A stretch of 64,000 bases of DNA, taken from assembly GCA_964507055.1 (NCBI GenBank), contig CAZDOJ010000001.1:401313-465312 (forward strand), written 5' to 3'. Below are positions 17,960-27,528 of this stretch, in pieces. Positions within the stretch are counted from its first letter, which is position 1, and each line of letters begins with the position of its first letter. The notes below the pieces were generated by a model. The model saw nothing but the letters and a program-made list of their open reading frames with translations. It did no database searches and was not told the DNA's origin. The stretch comes from an uncultured Gammaproteobacteria bacterium (GTDB taxonomy: Bacteria; Patescibacteriota; Microgenomatia; Levybacterales; UBA12049). The position numbers and the translations under genes are program-made.

Positions 17960-19720
17960 TTAATTGGAGGATAAAAGTTGTTTGATTGACTTATATCCCG
18001 CTCGTGGGAGCATATCTGTAGCGTATAGACCATCAATTCCGGGTAGAATACTACCACCGTCATCTTTCCAGAAGTTATATCGATCAGAAAGTATCCAAGT
18101 TCTCCAAGCAACACAATTTGATTCTTCGAGACAAGCTCGTAAAACTGCTGCGTATTGGTCTCCTTGAGCTTTTTCACCATCTCCACTATAGACATCCATT
18201 TCTGACACTTGTGAAATAAATCCAAGTTGCTTGAGTTGCTGCATATGATTTTTCAAAACTGTTGGATCAATTTTATCTTCTCTGTCATAAACATGTGCTT
18301 GGAAACCAACACCAATTTGATTTACTGGGATATTTCGTTCAACCAACTGTGGCTTTAATCGTGTCAATAATTCGACAAATGCATCCCATCTTTCTCCATC
18401 CTCTTCTAGACCAAATTCATTAATAAAAAGTGTAGCATTAGGATTTGTAGTATGTGCAACATCGAGTGCTTCGATGATATATTCCTCTCCCATTGCTTGA
18501 TACCATTTGTGGTTTCGTAAAATTTGTCCTTCTTCGAACTCATCGTAGTCAGCTAATGGTTCATTTACTACATCCCATGAATTAATCTTATTGCCAAAAT
18601 GTCCAACGACAGTTGCAATATGATCCTTCATTACGTCTTCGATAACTGCCTTTTCTTGAGGGGTAGTAACTGGGAGTTGATTGAACCACAACGGATTTGC
18701 TTCTCCAAAAACAAGCGTATGACCATGTACTTTTATGTTATTTTGTTCAGCAATTTGCACTAATGCATCTGCTTTTGCAAATGCATAAACACCTTGTTTT
18801 GGTTGAAGGTTTATCATCTTCATATCGTTTTCTGGTGTCATTCCACCGAAATCACTCAATGCAGCTTTTGCGTATTGTGGATCTGAGACGAGCGGACCTA
18901 ATGCTATTGCTGTTCCGAGTGTGAAGTTCGATCTTTTCTTTAATGCTAATTCTTGAAGTGTTTCATTTTCATTTCGTGCAACCTTTAATGTTGCCCCATT
19001 AGCAAGAACAAAAGAATTGTTTTTAAACTGAAGATCTTGTAGCTCCCATTCTTTATCTTGAGCGTCTAAACCAAACCAAATTTTGCCAGATTTAAAGATT
19101 CCAGGATCATTTGTTGTACCGATCTCCTTATCATTTACAATAAAGACAAACGTATTGGATTTTTTCTGTAGTGTAAACTCTACGGTATCCGCTGGGATAT
19201 ATTTAAATTCCCTTACTGCAATCGGATTTTGTGTTTTCCCATCCCATACTTTAACCACGATCGTACTTTTCGTAACAGCAATTTGCAAACTTTCGCGTTC
19301 TATCCTAAATTCATCAGCAATTATTGGAAGATTACCATAGAGTTGTATCGTTCCTGAAGCACTTGTTTTAAGATTTATTTTTGCTTGTAAGGAAAAATCA
19401 CCTTTTATGTTCTCAATATGTGTACCCGCAAAGTTAATTGGAGGATTTTTTTGCACAACACTTCCATCTTGATCAACTATTGCTAAATCCAAAGGTTGTA
19501 CAACTAATCCTGTTGCGTTTTTTTGCACACCAGGCATATATTCCCAATCTCCACGTAAGAGATTATCGTCATTTTTTACTGATTGTGTTTGGTAATTCAC
19601 AGTGGGACTTCCTTTCTTTTCAAATTGTGCGGTAATTATACCGGCTATTAAAAGAATAATTCCTGCAGTTAAGAGTAGGATGCGATATTTTGTATTATCG
19701 AGTTTTTGCTTCTTTTTCAT
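17960..19720 (-). CDS. membrane-anchored glycoside hydrolase family 10 (endo-beta-1,4-xylanase-like) with an N-terminal beta-sandwich domain
   Basis: N-terminal TM helix. The C-terminal (beta/alpha)8 region carries GH10 hallmarks WDVVNEP (acid/base) and ISQVSEMDV (nucleophile region, ITELD-like), plus HGHTLVF. Confidence 0.8.
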   Translation of the reverse strand: MKKKQKLDNTKYRILLLTAGIILLIAGIITAQFEKKGSPTVNYQTQSVKNDDNLLRGDWEYMPGVQKNATGLVVQPLDLAIVDQDGSVVQKNPPINFAGTHIENIKGDFSLQAKINLKTSASGTIQLYGNLPIIADEFRIERESLQIAVTKSTIVVKVWDGKTQNPIAVREFKYIPADTVEFTLQKKSNTFVFIVNDKEIGTTNDPGIFKSGKIWFGLDAQDKEWELQDLQFKNNSFVLANGATLKVARNENETLQELALKKRSNFTLGTAIALGPLVSDPQYAKAALSDFGGMTPENDMKMINLQPKQGVYAFAKADALVQIAEQNNIKVHGHTLVFGEANPLWFNQLPVTTPQEKAVIEDVMKDHIATVVGHFGNKINSWDVVNEPLADYDEFEEGQILRNHKWYQAMGEEYIIEALDVAHTTNPNATLFINEFGLEEDGERWDAFVELLTRLKPQLVERNIPVNQIGVGFQAHVYDREDKIDPTVLKNHMQQLKQLGFISQVSEMDVYSGDGEKAQGDQYAAVLRACLEESNCVAWRTWILSDRYNFWKDDGGSILPGIDGLYATDMLPRAGYKSIKQLLSSN

Positions 19721-19813
19721 AATTAAACTTTACTATTATTATTACGCGAGCGAAATATATAGTAAAGAGGACAGATACAATTTGGGACAAAAGCAGGTAT
19801 ATAGTATAACATA

Positions 19814-19833
19814 ATTAGCCTCAAAGAGCTAAT
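19814..19833 (-). other. hairpin ATTAGC-N8-GCTAAT containing the recurrent TTAGCCTCAAA motif, immediately 3' of the sortase gene
   Basis: 6-bp perfect inverted repeat seen directly in the sequence. Confidence 0.4.
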
Positions 19834-19847
19834 TTAGATACCTAAGA

Positions 19848-20468
19848 TTATTTATTTTCAATACTTACAAGCTCTGCACGGACCATGTGTCTATAAATAT
19901 CATTTGGACCATCGCATGTAATAAGTGTTACTGATGGCTTCTTTGTGGGGTAAAATACATCGACTTGTGTTGGCTTCACAGTACTAAGTTGTGTAACTTT
20001 ATATGTAGCTTTATAGTTTTTTCCATAAAGAACGATTGTTGCACCTTTCTTTATATCTTTAATAGGAAGAAATGCATTTGCCTGTGCATGACCAAAGATA
20101 CCGACATTTCCATCTTGTTGGTTTACCAAACTTGTACCTTCAGCGTAATTTCCAACTGCATCATTGACTGCCCATGTGCCATTTTTCAGTGGCACTGAAA
20201 CAACTTTCTTATCCAATGTAATACTCTTAACAACTATTCGATCTGGTTTAAATCCTTTATTCTTTATTTCATCTTCCGTTATTTCAGTGCCACAATCTGC
20301 TGTGCAGGCATCTGACGTGTTATTCCACGACAAACTCTGCACCCATTCTGAAATGTTACTTCCATTGAAGAAATCATTCTTCAAAGAACCTAGCTGTATC
20401 AGTGAAGCTAGGACTGTCATCATAACGATGATAGTAAACGTGTTCAGTTTAATGCGTAAAACTTTCAT
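19848..20468 (-). CDS. sortase (transpeptidase), catalytic triad intact
   Basis: N-terminal TM anchor; conserved His (VGIFGHAQ), TLITC active-site Cys motif and downstream Arg (YRHMVRAEL). Confidence 0.8.
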   Translation of the reverse strand: MKVLRIKLNTFTIIVMMTVLASLIQLGSLKNDFFNGSNISEWVQSLSWNNTSDACTADCGTEITEDEIKNKGFKPDRIVVKSITLDKKVVSVPLKNGTWAVNDAVGNYAEGTSLVNQQDGNVGIFGHAQANAFLPIKDIKKGATIVLYGKNYKATYKVTQLSTVKPTQVDVFYPTKKPSVTLITCDGPNDIYRHMVRAELVSIENK

Positions 20469-20474
20469 AACCTA

Positions 20475-20654
20475 TTATTTATTGAACATGTAACGTGTAA
20501 TGTGTCCAACTAACATAATAAGTAAAAGAGTGTTAACAACGACAAATCCAACTGCAACGAGTGGGTGTACTTTATCCGCAAGCATAAGACCTGCAGCTGA
20601 TGTAGCTGGTAATGTTGTTGCTGCTCCTACTAATCCTTTTCCATATTCGTTCAT
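20475..20654 (-). CDS. small (59 aa) membrane protein with a conserved LPATSAAG motif; IcaD/PgaD-position small subunit candidate
   Basis: RBS GGAGGTGAT lies 7 nt upstream of the ATG at 20654. Sequence: MNEYGKGLVGAATTLPATSAAGLMLADKVHPLVAVGFVVVNTLLLIMLVGHITRYMFNK. Its paralog is at 28130-28315. This ORF is absent from the supplied ORF track because it is under 60 aa. Confidence 0.6.
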   Translation of the reverse strand: MNEYGKGLVGAATTLPATSAAGLMLADKVHPLVAVGFVVVNTLLLIMLVGHITRYMFNK

Positions 20655-20682
20655 AATGTAATCACCTCCTTTGGTTCATAGA

Positions 20683-21981
20683 TTACCTGGTTCCCCAGGC
20701 TGTTGAATAACCAACTCTACGAAACGCAGAGTGGCCAAGCGAAATAATATAAGTAAGTGTCGAAAGTAAAAATTTAGTGATGAGATTATAGGAATAGAAT
20801 AGATATGAGCCAAAGAGAACTAGGCTTAAGAAGTTACTATAAATAAGTTCAGGTAAAATTGTAAGCTTAAGCATCCAATCTTTTTTGTCTCGATCAGCAT
20901 AAACACGCATCACAATAATGTTATAGATTGTAGATATCGCAAAACTTACCCATGCTAGAGCAATAAGTACAGGAATCATGCCTTGTGTCCGTGTATATGT
21001 ATCTGCGTAAACAAATGATAAACCGATCAAGACAAATAAACTTAAAAATGAAGCATGCCCAACAAAATCTTGGAAAACAGACGGAATCTGTCTCCAATAT
21101 TGTGCCAAAACATGTAATCCTCCACTTGTCCATCGAGCACGTTGCTTCCAAAGTGCTTCAACAGTTTCAGGGACTTCAGTCCATGCAATTGCTTTCTTAG
21201 CAATTTTTACTTCCCAACCTTTAATCTTTAATCTCGCAGTAATGTCATAGTCTTCAATTAAATGGCCTCTTGTAAAGCCATCAATAGCTTCAAGAACTTC
21301 CATTCTAAATGCAGTAAGCATTCCTTGCATAACAAGCGGACCTTTAAGGAATCCATTATCTGAGATCTTGGTGATATTAAACCCATGGTATTCGAGCCCT
21401 TGCAGACGAGTTACGATGTTTTTATTCTTATTACTAATTCGAACCTGTGAGCAGACAGCTCCGATGCGATAATTAGAGAATAAAGTATTTACCATACTCG
21501 GAATTGTGTCTTTATTAATGACCACATCATCATCAAATGTGAAGACCGCATCAGGCTTAATAGCCAGGGCTTGAAGATATTCGATACCATAATTTAAAGC
21601 TCCAGCCTTTAGCGTATTGGTTGGTGTTCGGAGTGAAACGACTTGAAGATTATTCTCAGCAAGCCAGTTGATTTTACTTAAAACAGGAGCAGTATCGACG
21701 TTAATTGGCGTACAATCATCGACAACAACCACAAGAACTTTAGGATGATATTTGACTATCGATTCAACAAGCTTTGCAGTCATGTCACTTGGACCATATG
21801 TAGGTATGATCACTGCTACATGCTTCTTAGAAAATACTGAGCGTATTGAAGTAGTTTGGGGCCTTTTAGGCACAAAGAAATAGCCCATCTGTGCGGCTGT
21901 TTCAGCTACTGAGTTGACTATATTTGTTCCACGCATAATACTATAAGTCATATTATAAACTATAAGCCTATGAAATGTCAA
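20683..21981 (-). CDS. processive family-2 glycosyltransferase (PgaC/IcaA/NodC/cellulose-synthase-like)
   Basis: DDCTP (DxD region), the QRARWTSGG (QxxRW) motif and C-terminal TM helices. Alternative starts are at 21951 and 21936. Confidence 0.8.
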   Translation of the reverse strand: MTFHRLIVYNMTYSIMRGTNIVNSVAETAAQMGYFFVPKRPQTTSIRSVFSKKHVAVIIPTYGPSDMTAKLVESIVKYHPKVLVVVVDDCTPINVDTAPVLSKINWLAENNLQVVSLRTPTNTLKAGALNYGIEYLQALAIKPDAVFTFDDDVVINKDTIPSMVNTLFSNYRIGAVCSQVRISNKNKNIVTRLQGLEYHGFNITKISDNGFLKGPLVMQGMLTAFRMEVLEAIDGFTRGHLIEDYDITARLKIKGWEVKIAKKAIAWTEVPETVEALWKQRARWTSGGLHVLAQYWRQIPSVFQDFVGHASFLSLFVLIGLSFVYADTYTRTQGMIPVLIALAWVSFAISTIYNIIVMRVYADRDKKDWMLKLTILPELIYSNFLSLVLFGSYLFYSYNLITKFLLSTLTYIISLGHSAFRRVGYSTAWGTR

Positions 21982-22084
21982 GTACTATGGGGCTAAATGA
22001 AGCAACCTATTCCTTCGGACAATACGAAAAGAACGTGGGAATTATGTATTAAAGAGGATTTATACCAAAACAATTAAGCTTGGC

Positions 22085-24430
22085 TTAGTTACTAAGGTTT
22101 ACAGAGTCTACGTACAAGTTGAATGTACTATTAGGTGTGGTGTAGTATTGCAATCGTACTTTATTTACATTCGCACTTGTTGGCTTGTATGTAAATGATT
22201 GTACTCCAGTTACTGGTCCAGTGATCATACCTTTCCACTGTCCTGAGAGCCATGTTCCTGCTGCATCGTATTCATCGATGTAGAACCCAAATTCACCTGT
22301 TCCAGTTAATGCACTTATGTATTGTGACCATGTGTATGTTGTTGCTGGGTTAACTGTGATCATACCTGTAAATGCGTGAGCATAAGCACTATTTGCAGCA
22401 ATCTTCAAACTATTAGTTCCAGCATTACCTTTTGAGGTCGTATCAACTGTAAAGTCTTGCGTATCTCGTGTCCAATTAGCTGCGAATCCACCTGTTACTG
22501 TTTCGAATCCACCGTTTACTACCAAGTTTGTTGTTGGTGCAGTCGAAGGTGTTGGTGTTACTGTTGGTGTTGCACTTGGTGTACTTGTAGGAGTACCAGT
22601 TGGTGTAACACTAGGTGTAGCAGATGGTGTTGCTGTTACCGTTGGAGTTACAGTAGTAGCTGCTGGGTTAGAAAGTGTGTAGTTATCAACTGTAGCACTT
22701 CCTGTTGCACCAGCAGTAAGGTATGTTTGGACTCGGATTGAATTAACCAATGTTGATGTTGCTTTGTAAGCTCGAGCAAATGTAGTTGTAACACCATTTG
22801 TTACTGCTCCGATCCATTGACCAGAAATCCAAGTTCCAGCTGCATTGTATTCATCGATGTAGAATCCAAGCTCGCCTGCTGTTAAGCCACCTGTATTTGC
22901 TACTGCACTGAAGTTATATGTAGCTGCTGTGTCGATTCCTGAAACAGTCTGGAATAAGTGAGTTGCTGTTGTTGTTCCATTAAATCGGATTGCTTGTGCT
23001 TGAACTGTTACGTTTGTTGCATTGTCAGTTGTCCAAGGTGTCAAACCATTTGTGAATGATCCATTAACAATAACATTGTTTGCTGCTGGAGTCGGAGTAA
23101 CACTTGGTGTGCCTGATGGTGTCGCTGTTGGAGTCACAACACTCGGTGTAGGTGTAACACTTGGTGCTCCATCAATATTGTTCAAGTTAACACTATCCAC
23201 ATATGCTGTTCCTGTAGCTCCACCTGTAAGATATGTTTGGATTCGAACTGAGTTAACCAATGTTGATGTTGCATTGTACAATTTAGTGAAGAATCCTATT
23301 GTACCGTTAGTGACCATACCCAACCATTGACCTGAGATCCAGTTACCGTTTGTGTCATATTCGTCGACGTAGAATCCAAGTTCACCAGAAGTCAAACCTG
23401 TTGCATTGTAGAATGCATCAAGAATATAACTTGAGTTAAATGAAACATTTGTTAAACCTGAGAATAAGTGAGTTGCTGAAGCTGCACCAGCCATACTAAC
23501 TGATTGTGTCGGTGAACCATAGTTACCGTGATTTGCATTGTCAGCTTTAACTGCAGCTGCATTATCTGTATTCCAACCATTTGCAAGTCCTGCTTCAAAT
23601 CCTGAATTCTGGATAACATTTGCTCCAGGAATAGTGATAGCTTTTTCGACTGATGTAACTTGGATTTGGCCTGCATTTACCTTTGTTTGGACATAGTTTG
23701 CCATTGTAGTAAGGTTTGCTGTTGTTACAGTGTATTCATATCCAGTGTTTGCTGTTGTAGATGTGTGATGAAAAACAAGGATTAACCACTGTTTGTTTGC
23801 GATTGCTTGATCAACCCATGCTTGTACTTGTGCGGGAGTTACATTCTGATTAACATCTTGTACTACTAAGATTGCTCTATTGTATGGTGCTGTATTTGCT
23901 CCAACATCTTGGAATGCTCGGTGAGATTTGTAGTATTTAAGGATTTCAGTAATAGTAGCGTTGTCATATGCACCAAATGGTGAAGCGAAATTAGTGACGT
24001 TTAAGCCATTTGCTTTGAAAGCTGTGTTTGACTGTGTTAATTGTGCTGCATTCTGTGTAGCTGTAATTGTTGGCATTTCAGGGTGATTAACAGTATGTCC
24101 ACCAATTTCCCATCCGTAGACATTTTGTAATTCTTTTACTTGTGCCCATGTAATTCCTGGGAGGTTATTATCAAGTGTCATTGTCCCATTAGGAACTCCT
24201 GATGAAAGATAAAGGACACCATCAATACCTCGTGCTTCAAGAATTGGAGCCGCGAGGGTTCGAGTTGATGCAAATCCATCATCGAAAGTAAATGAAACTT
24301 GTGCTTTATTAAGATCTGTGAGGTTAGCAATTTTAGCTGCTGATGCAACTGGAGCTTGTGCCAATACGAGTGCCGCCATCAATCCGAAAGCGGTCAAAGA
24401 CTTTACAACTTTGTTTACGAGTTTGTTCAT
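22085..24430 (-). CDS. secreted CE4 (NodB) polysaccharide deacetylase with three CBM4/9-like modules joined by Pro/Thr linkers
   Basis: Signal peptide. NodB motifs TFDDG, GGHTVNHPEM and SPFGAYD. Three modules begin N(L/V)(V/I)xN(G/S)GFE...W and contain GELGFYVDEYD(T/A)(N/A)GNWISGQW, separated by (P/T/S/V)-rich linkers. Confidence 0.85.
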   Translation of the reverse strand: MNKLVNKVVKSLTAFGLMAALVLAQAPVASAAKIANLTDLNKAQVSFTFDDGFASTRTLAAPILEARGIDGVLYLSSGVPNGTMTLDNNLPGITWAQVKELQNVYGWEIGGHTVNHPEMPTITATQNAAQLTQSNTAFKANGLNVTNFASPFGAYDNATITEILKYYKSHRAFQDVGANTAPYNRAILVVQDVNQNVTPAQVQAWVDQAIANKQWLILVFHHTSTTANTGYEYTVTTANLTTMANYVQTKVNAGQIQVTSVEKAITIPGANVIQNSGFEAGLANGWNTDNAAAVKADNANHGNYGSPTQSVSMAGAASATHLFSGLTNVSFNSSYILDAFYNATGLTSGELGFYVDEYDTNGNWISGQWLGMVTNGTIGFFTKLYNATSTLVNSVRIQTYLTGGATGTAYVDSVNLNNIDGAPSVTPTPSVVTPTATPSGTPSVTPTPAANNVIVNGSFTNGLTPWTTDNATNVTVQAQAIRFNGTTTATHLFQTVSGIDTAATYNFSAVANTGGLTAGELGFYIDEYNAAGTWISGQWIGAVTNGVTTTFARAYKATSTLVNSIRVQTYLTAGATGSATVDNYTLSNPAATTVTPTVTATPSATPSVTPTGTPTSTPSATPTVTPTPSTAPTTNLVVNGGFETVTGGFAANWTRDTQDFTVDTTSKGNAGTNSLKIAANSAYAHAFTGMITVNPATTYTWSQYISALTGTGEFGFYIDEYDAAGTWLSGQWKGMITGPVTGVQSFTYKPTSANVNKVRLQYYTTPNSTFNLYVDSVNLSN

Positions 24431-24490
24431 AATTGAAATTGGACAGTTTCATAGTGAGCAGATTACATCTTTTTATATAGATGAGAATCG

Positions 24491-24522
24491 GATAATATCA
24501 CATGTATCCAAAGTGTGTCAAC
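24491..24522 (-). promoter_or_regulatory. sigma70-like promoter (TTGACA-18-TATTAT) for the first CE4 deacetylase gene
   Basis: Minus-strand sequence GTTGACACACTTTGGATACATGTGATATTATCCG, upstream of the start at 24430. Confidence 0.4.
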
Positions 24523-24561
24523 AGTTAATGCCACAGAGAACTGAAAATTGAGGAGATTTTC

Positions 24562-27411
24562 TTAGTTACTAAGACTTACGGAGTCAACGTACAAGTTAAA
24601 TGTACTACTAGGTGTTGTGTAATATTGCAATCTAACTTGACTTACAGCTGTACTTGTTGGAACATATTGGAATGATTGGATACCAGTTGTCGGTCCAGTA
24701 ATCATACCTTTCCATTGTCCTGAAATCCAATTACCTGCTGTATCGTATTCATCGATATAGAACCCGAATTCACCTGTTCCTGTCAATGCACTTACAAATT
24801 GTGACCAAATGTATGTCGTTCCTGGAGTAACTGTGATGAAGTCACTAAATGCGTGTGAGCCAGTAGTACTTGCAAGAACTTGCAAACTGTTTGTACCTTC
24901 ATTTCCTTTTGAAGTAGTATCAATTGCAAAATCAGCTGTATCATGAGTCCAGTTGGCTGCGAAATCACCACTTACTGTTTCAAATCCACCATTTGTTACC
25001 AAGTTTGTTGCTGGTACACCTGTTGGTGTAGGAGTTACACTCGGTGTTTCAGTAGGTGTTGGTGTCACACTTGGTGTACTTGTCGGTTCAACAGTTGGAG
25101 TTACAGTTGGCACATTTGTAGGTTCTGGTGTTACACTTGGTGCATTTTCGTCAGCAATACTGATATTATCAACTGTAGCAGTACCTGTTGATCCCGCTGT
25201 AAGGAATGCATGAACTCGGATTGAGTTTACAAGGTTTGTTGACGCTGTGTATACTCTACTAATATTGTTTACAGCACCTCGCATGAAGCCCCAGAATTGA
25301 ACTGAAACCCAGTTACCGTTTGCATCATATTCATCGACATAATATCCGAGATCACCTGATGTCAAACCAGTTGTGTCAAAGTTTGCACTGACAATGTATC
25401 GAGCTGTGTTATCAAAGTTGTTAATGTGTTGATAAAGATATACTTGTCCAGCCATACCAGTCAACTTTGCTGTACCATTTTCAGCTGCAACGTGTTGTGT
25501 ATCAGTTGTACTCCATGAAGCCAAGCCACTATCAAATCCACTGTTTGCAACGATGTTACCAGCTACAGGTGTAGGTGTAACACTTGGTGTTGTTGTAGGA
25601 ACAACTGTAGGTGTTGGCGTTACATTTGCACCATTTTCATTTGCAATACTTACGTTATCAACTTTTGCTGTTCCTGTAGTTCCAGGAGTCAAGAATACGT
25701 GTACTCGGATAGATTGTACAAGATTTGTTGATGCTGTATAGACTCTATTGATACTGTTAATGCCGCCTCGCATGAAGCCCCAGAACTGTACTGAAACCCA
25801 GTTACCGTTTGCATCATATTCGTCGACGTAGTATCCAAGATCACCTGATGTCAAACCAGTTGTGTCAAAGTTTGCACTGACAATGTATCGAGCTGTGTTA
25901 TCAAAGTTAGTAATATGTTGATACAAATACATTTGTGCTGCATTACCAGTCATTGTGATTCCACCGCTTTCAGCAACGATATGTGTTGTATCAGTTGTAC
26001 TCCATGAAGCCAAACCGCTATCAAATCCACCGTTAACAACGATATTACCAGCTGCAGGTGTAGTTGTAGGAGTAACTGTTGGAGTTACACTTGGTGTACC
26101 TGTAGGCGTAACAGTTGGTGTTGTTGTAGGAGTTGGTGCAGGTGTACCATCCAAGTTATACACTTGAACACTATCAACATATGCTGTACCTGTTGCACCT
26201 GCTGTGAGGTATACTTGAACACGAATTGTGTTAACAAGTGTTGATGTTGCATTGTAAAGCTTGGTAAAGAAGCCTATTGTACCGTTAGTAGCCATACCCA
26301 TCCATTGTCCTGCGAGCCAAGTACCATTTACATCATATTCATCAACATAGAATCCAAGTTCGCCAGATGTTAAGTTTAATGAATTAACGAAAGCATCAAT
26401 AACATAACTTGAATTGTATGACACTTGTGCACCGGTATAGAAAAGATGCGCTTCAGTTGCTGTACCTGTTAAACTTACAGACTGCGTCGGTGAGCCATAA
26501 TTACCGTGATCTGCATTATCAGCTTTGATACTGTTGGCATTATCTGTTGTCCAACCATTGGCAATCCCCGCTTCGAAACCTGAATTTTGGAGAACATTTG
26601 TTCCTGGAATTGTGATTCCTTGTTCGGTTGTAACAACTTGAATTTGACCTGCTGCAACTTTGGTTTGCACATAATTTGCCATTGTAGTAAGGTTTGCTGT
26701 TGTTACTGTGTATTCATAGTTTGGATTCTTTGCTACAGCGGTATCATGGAATACGAGGATCAACCATCGCTTTTCAGTAATTGCCTGATCAACCCATGCT
26801 TGAACTTGTGCAGTTGTAGTCGCATCGTTTACATCTTGAACCATTAATATGTCTTTATGATAAGGTTGACTATTCAAAGCATCTCGATCTGCAAAACCAC
26901 GATGAGATTTGTATAATTTCAAGATTTCAGTCAAAGTCATATTGTCATATGCACCAAATGGTGAAGCGAAGTTCGTGACATTCAATCCGTTTGCTTTAAA
27001 TGCTGCATTTGAATTGGTAAGTTCGGCAACATTTTGTGCTTGTGTAATAGTAGGCATTTCAGCATGGTCTACAGTGTGTCCACCGATTTCCCATCCAAAA
27101 TCATTTTGGAGTTCTCGTACTTGATCCCATGTAATTCCTGGTTGGTTATCATCTAATGTAGCTGTACCATCTGGAACTCCTGATGTTAAATAAAGAACAC
27201 CATCGATACCTCGTGCTTCGAGAATTGGTGCGGCAAGTGTTCGGGTTGATGCAAATCCATCATCAAATGTGAATGAAACTCGTGGAGTATCAAGGTCAGA
27301 AATACTTGTTAAACGTGCAGCGTCAGCAAGAGGTGCTTGTGCCAGGAAGAAAACCGCACTCAAAAAGATTGCGGTTAAAGTTCGTACTATTTTGTTTGTT
27401 AATTTATTCAT
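24562..27411 (-). CDS. secreted CE4 (NodB) polysaccharide deacetylase with four CBM4/9-like modules (paralog of 22085-24430)
   Basis: Same architecture as its neighbour: TFDDG, GGHTVDHAEM, SPFGAYD; four modules with NGGF(D/E)SGLASW...GDLGYYVDEYDANGNWVS and PT linkers. The start is at the ATG at 27411 (MNKLTNKIVRTL signal peptide); the raw ORF runs to 27459. Confidence 0.85.
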   Translation of the reverse strand: MNKLTNKIVRTLTAIFLSAVFFLAQAPLADAARLTSISDLDTPRVSFTFDDGFASTRTLAAPILEARGIDGVLYLTSGVPDGTATLDDNQPGITWDQVRELQNDFGWEIGGHTVDHAEMPTITQAQNVAELTNSNAAFKANGLNVTNFASPFGAYDNMTLTEILKLYKSHRGFADRDALNSQPYHKDILMVQDVNDATTTAQVQAWVDQAITEKRWLILVFHDTAVAKNPNYEYTVTTANLTTMANYVQTKVAAGQIQVVTTEQGITIPGTNVLQNSGFEAGIANGWTTDNANSIKADNADHGNYGSPTQSVSLTGTATEAHLFYTGAQVSYNSSYVIDAFVNSLNLTSGELGFYVDEYDVNGTWLAGQWMGMATNGTIGFFTKLYNATSTLVNTIRVQVYLTAGATGTAYVDSVQVYNLDGTPAPTPTTTPTVTPTGTPSVTPTVTPTTTPAAGNIVVNGGFDSGLASWSTTDTTHIVAESGGITMTGNAAQMYLYQHITNFDNTARYIVSANFDTTGLTSGDLGYYVDEYDANGNWVSVQFWGFMRGGINSINRVYTASTNLVQSIRVHVFLTPGTTGTAKVDNVSIANENGANVTPTPTVVPTTTPSVTPTPVAGNIVANSGFDSGLASWSTTDTQHVAAENGTAKLTGMAGQVYLYQHINNFDNTARYIVSANFDTTGLTSGDLGYYVDEYDANGNWVSVQFWGFMRGAVNNISRVYTASTNLVNSIRVHAFLTAGSTGTATVDNISIADENAPSVTPEPTNVPTVTPTVEPTSTPSVTPTPTETPSVTPTPTGVPATNLVTNGGFETVSGDFAANWTHDTADFAIDTTSKGNEGTNSLQVLASTTGSHAFSDFITVTPGTTYIWSQFVSALTGTGEFGFYIDEYDTAGNWISGQWKGMITGPTTGIQSFQYVPTSTAVSQVRLQYYTTPSSTFNLYVDSVSLSN

Positions 27412-27459
27412 AATAAAATTTGAACAATTTATGTAATATTCAATTTTAATGAGACTCAT

Positions 27460-27492
27460 AGTATCATTAAATTAATCTTTTGTCAAGTCTAT
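27460..27492 (-). promoter_or_regulatory. sigma70-like promoter (TTGACA-17-TACTAT) for the second deacetylase gene
   Basis: Minus-strand sequence CTTGACAAAAGATTAATTTAATGATACTATGAG, upstream of the start at 27411. Confidence 0.4.
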
Positions 27493-27528
27493 AGGATAAC
27501 TCATAGTTATAAAATTGTAATGCTAATT

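Noticed and set aside
22457-26167. Cys/Trp-rich and Gly/Val/Thr-rich ORFs on the + strand (22457-22741, 23022-23330, 24943-25213, 25553-25741, 25955-26167), and apparent short direct repeats that might suggest a CRISPR-like or tandem-repeat array.
   Set aside because: They lie antisense to, or out of frame with, the PT-linker-coding segments of the two CE4/CBM genes. The repeats are (ACN/CCN)n codon repeats encoding Pro/Thr linkers, not spacer-repeat units.
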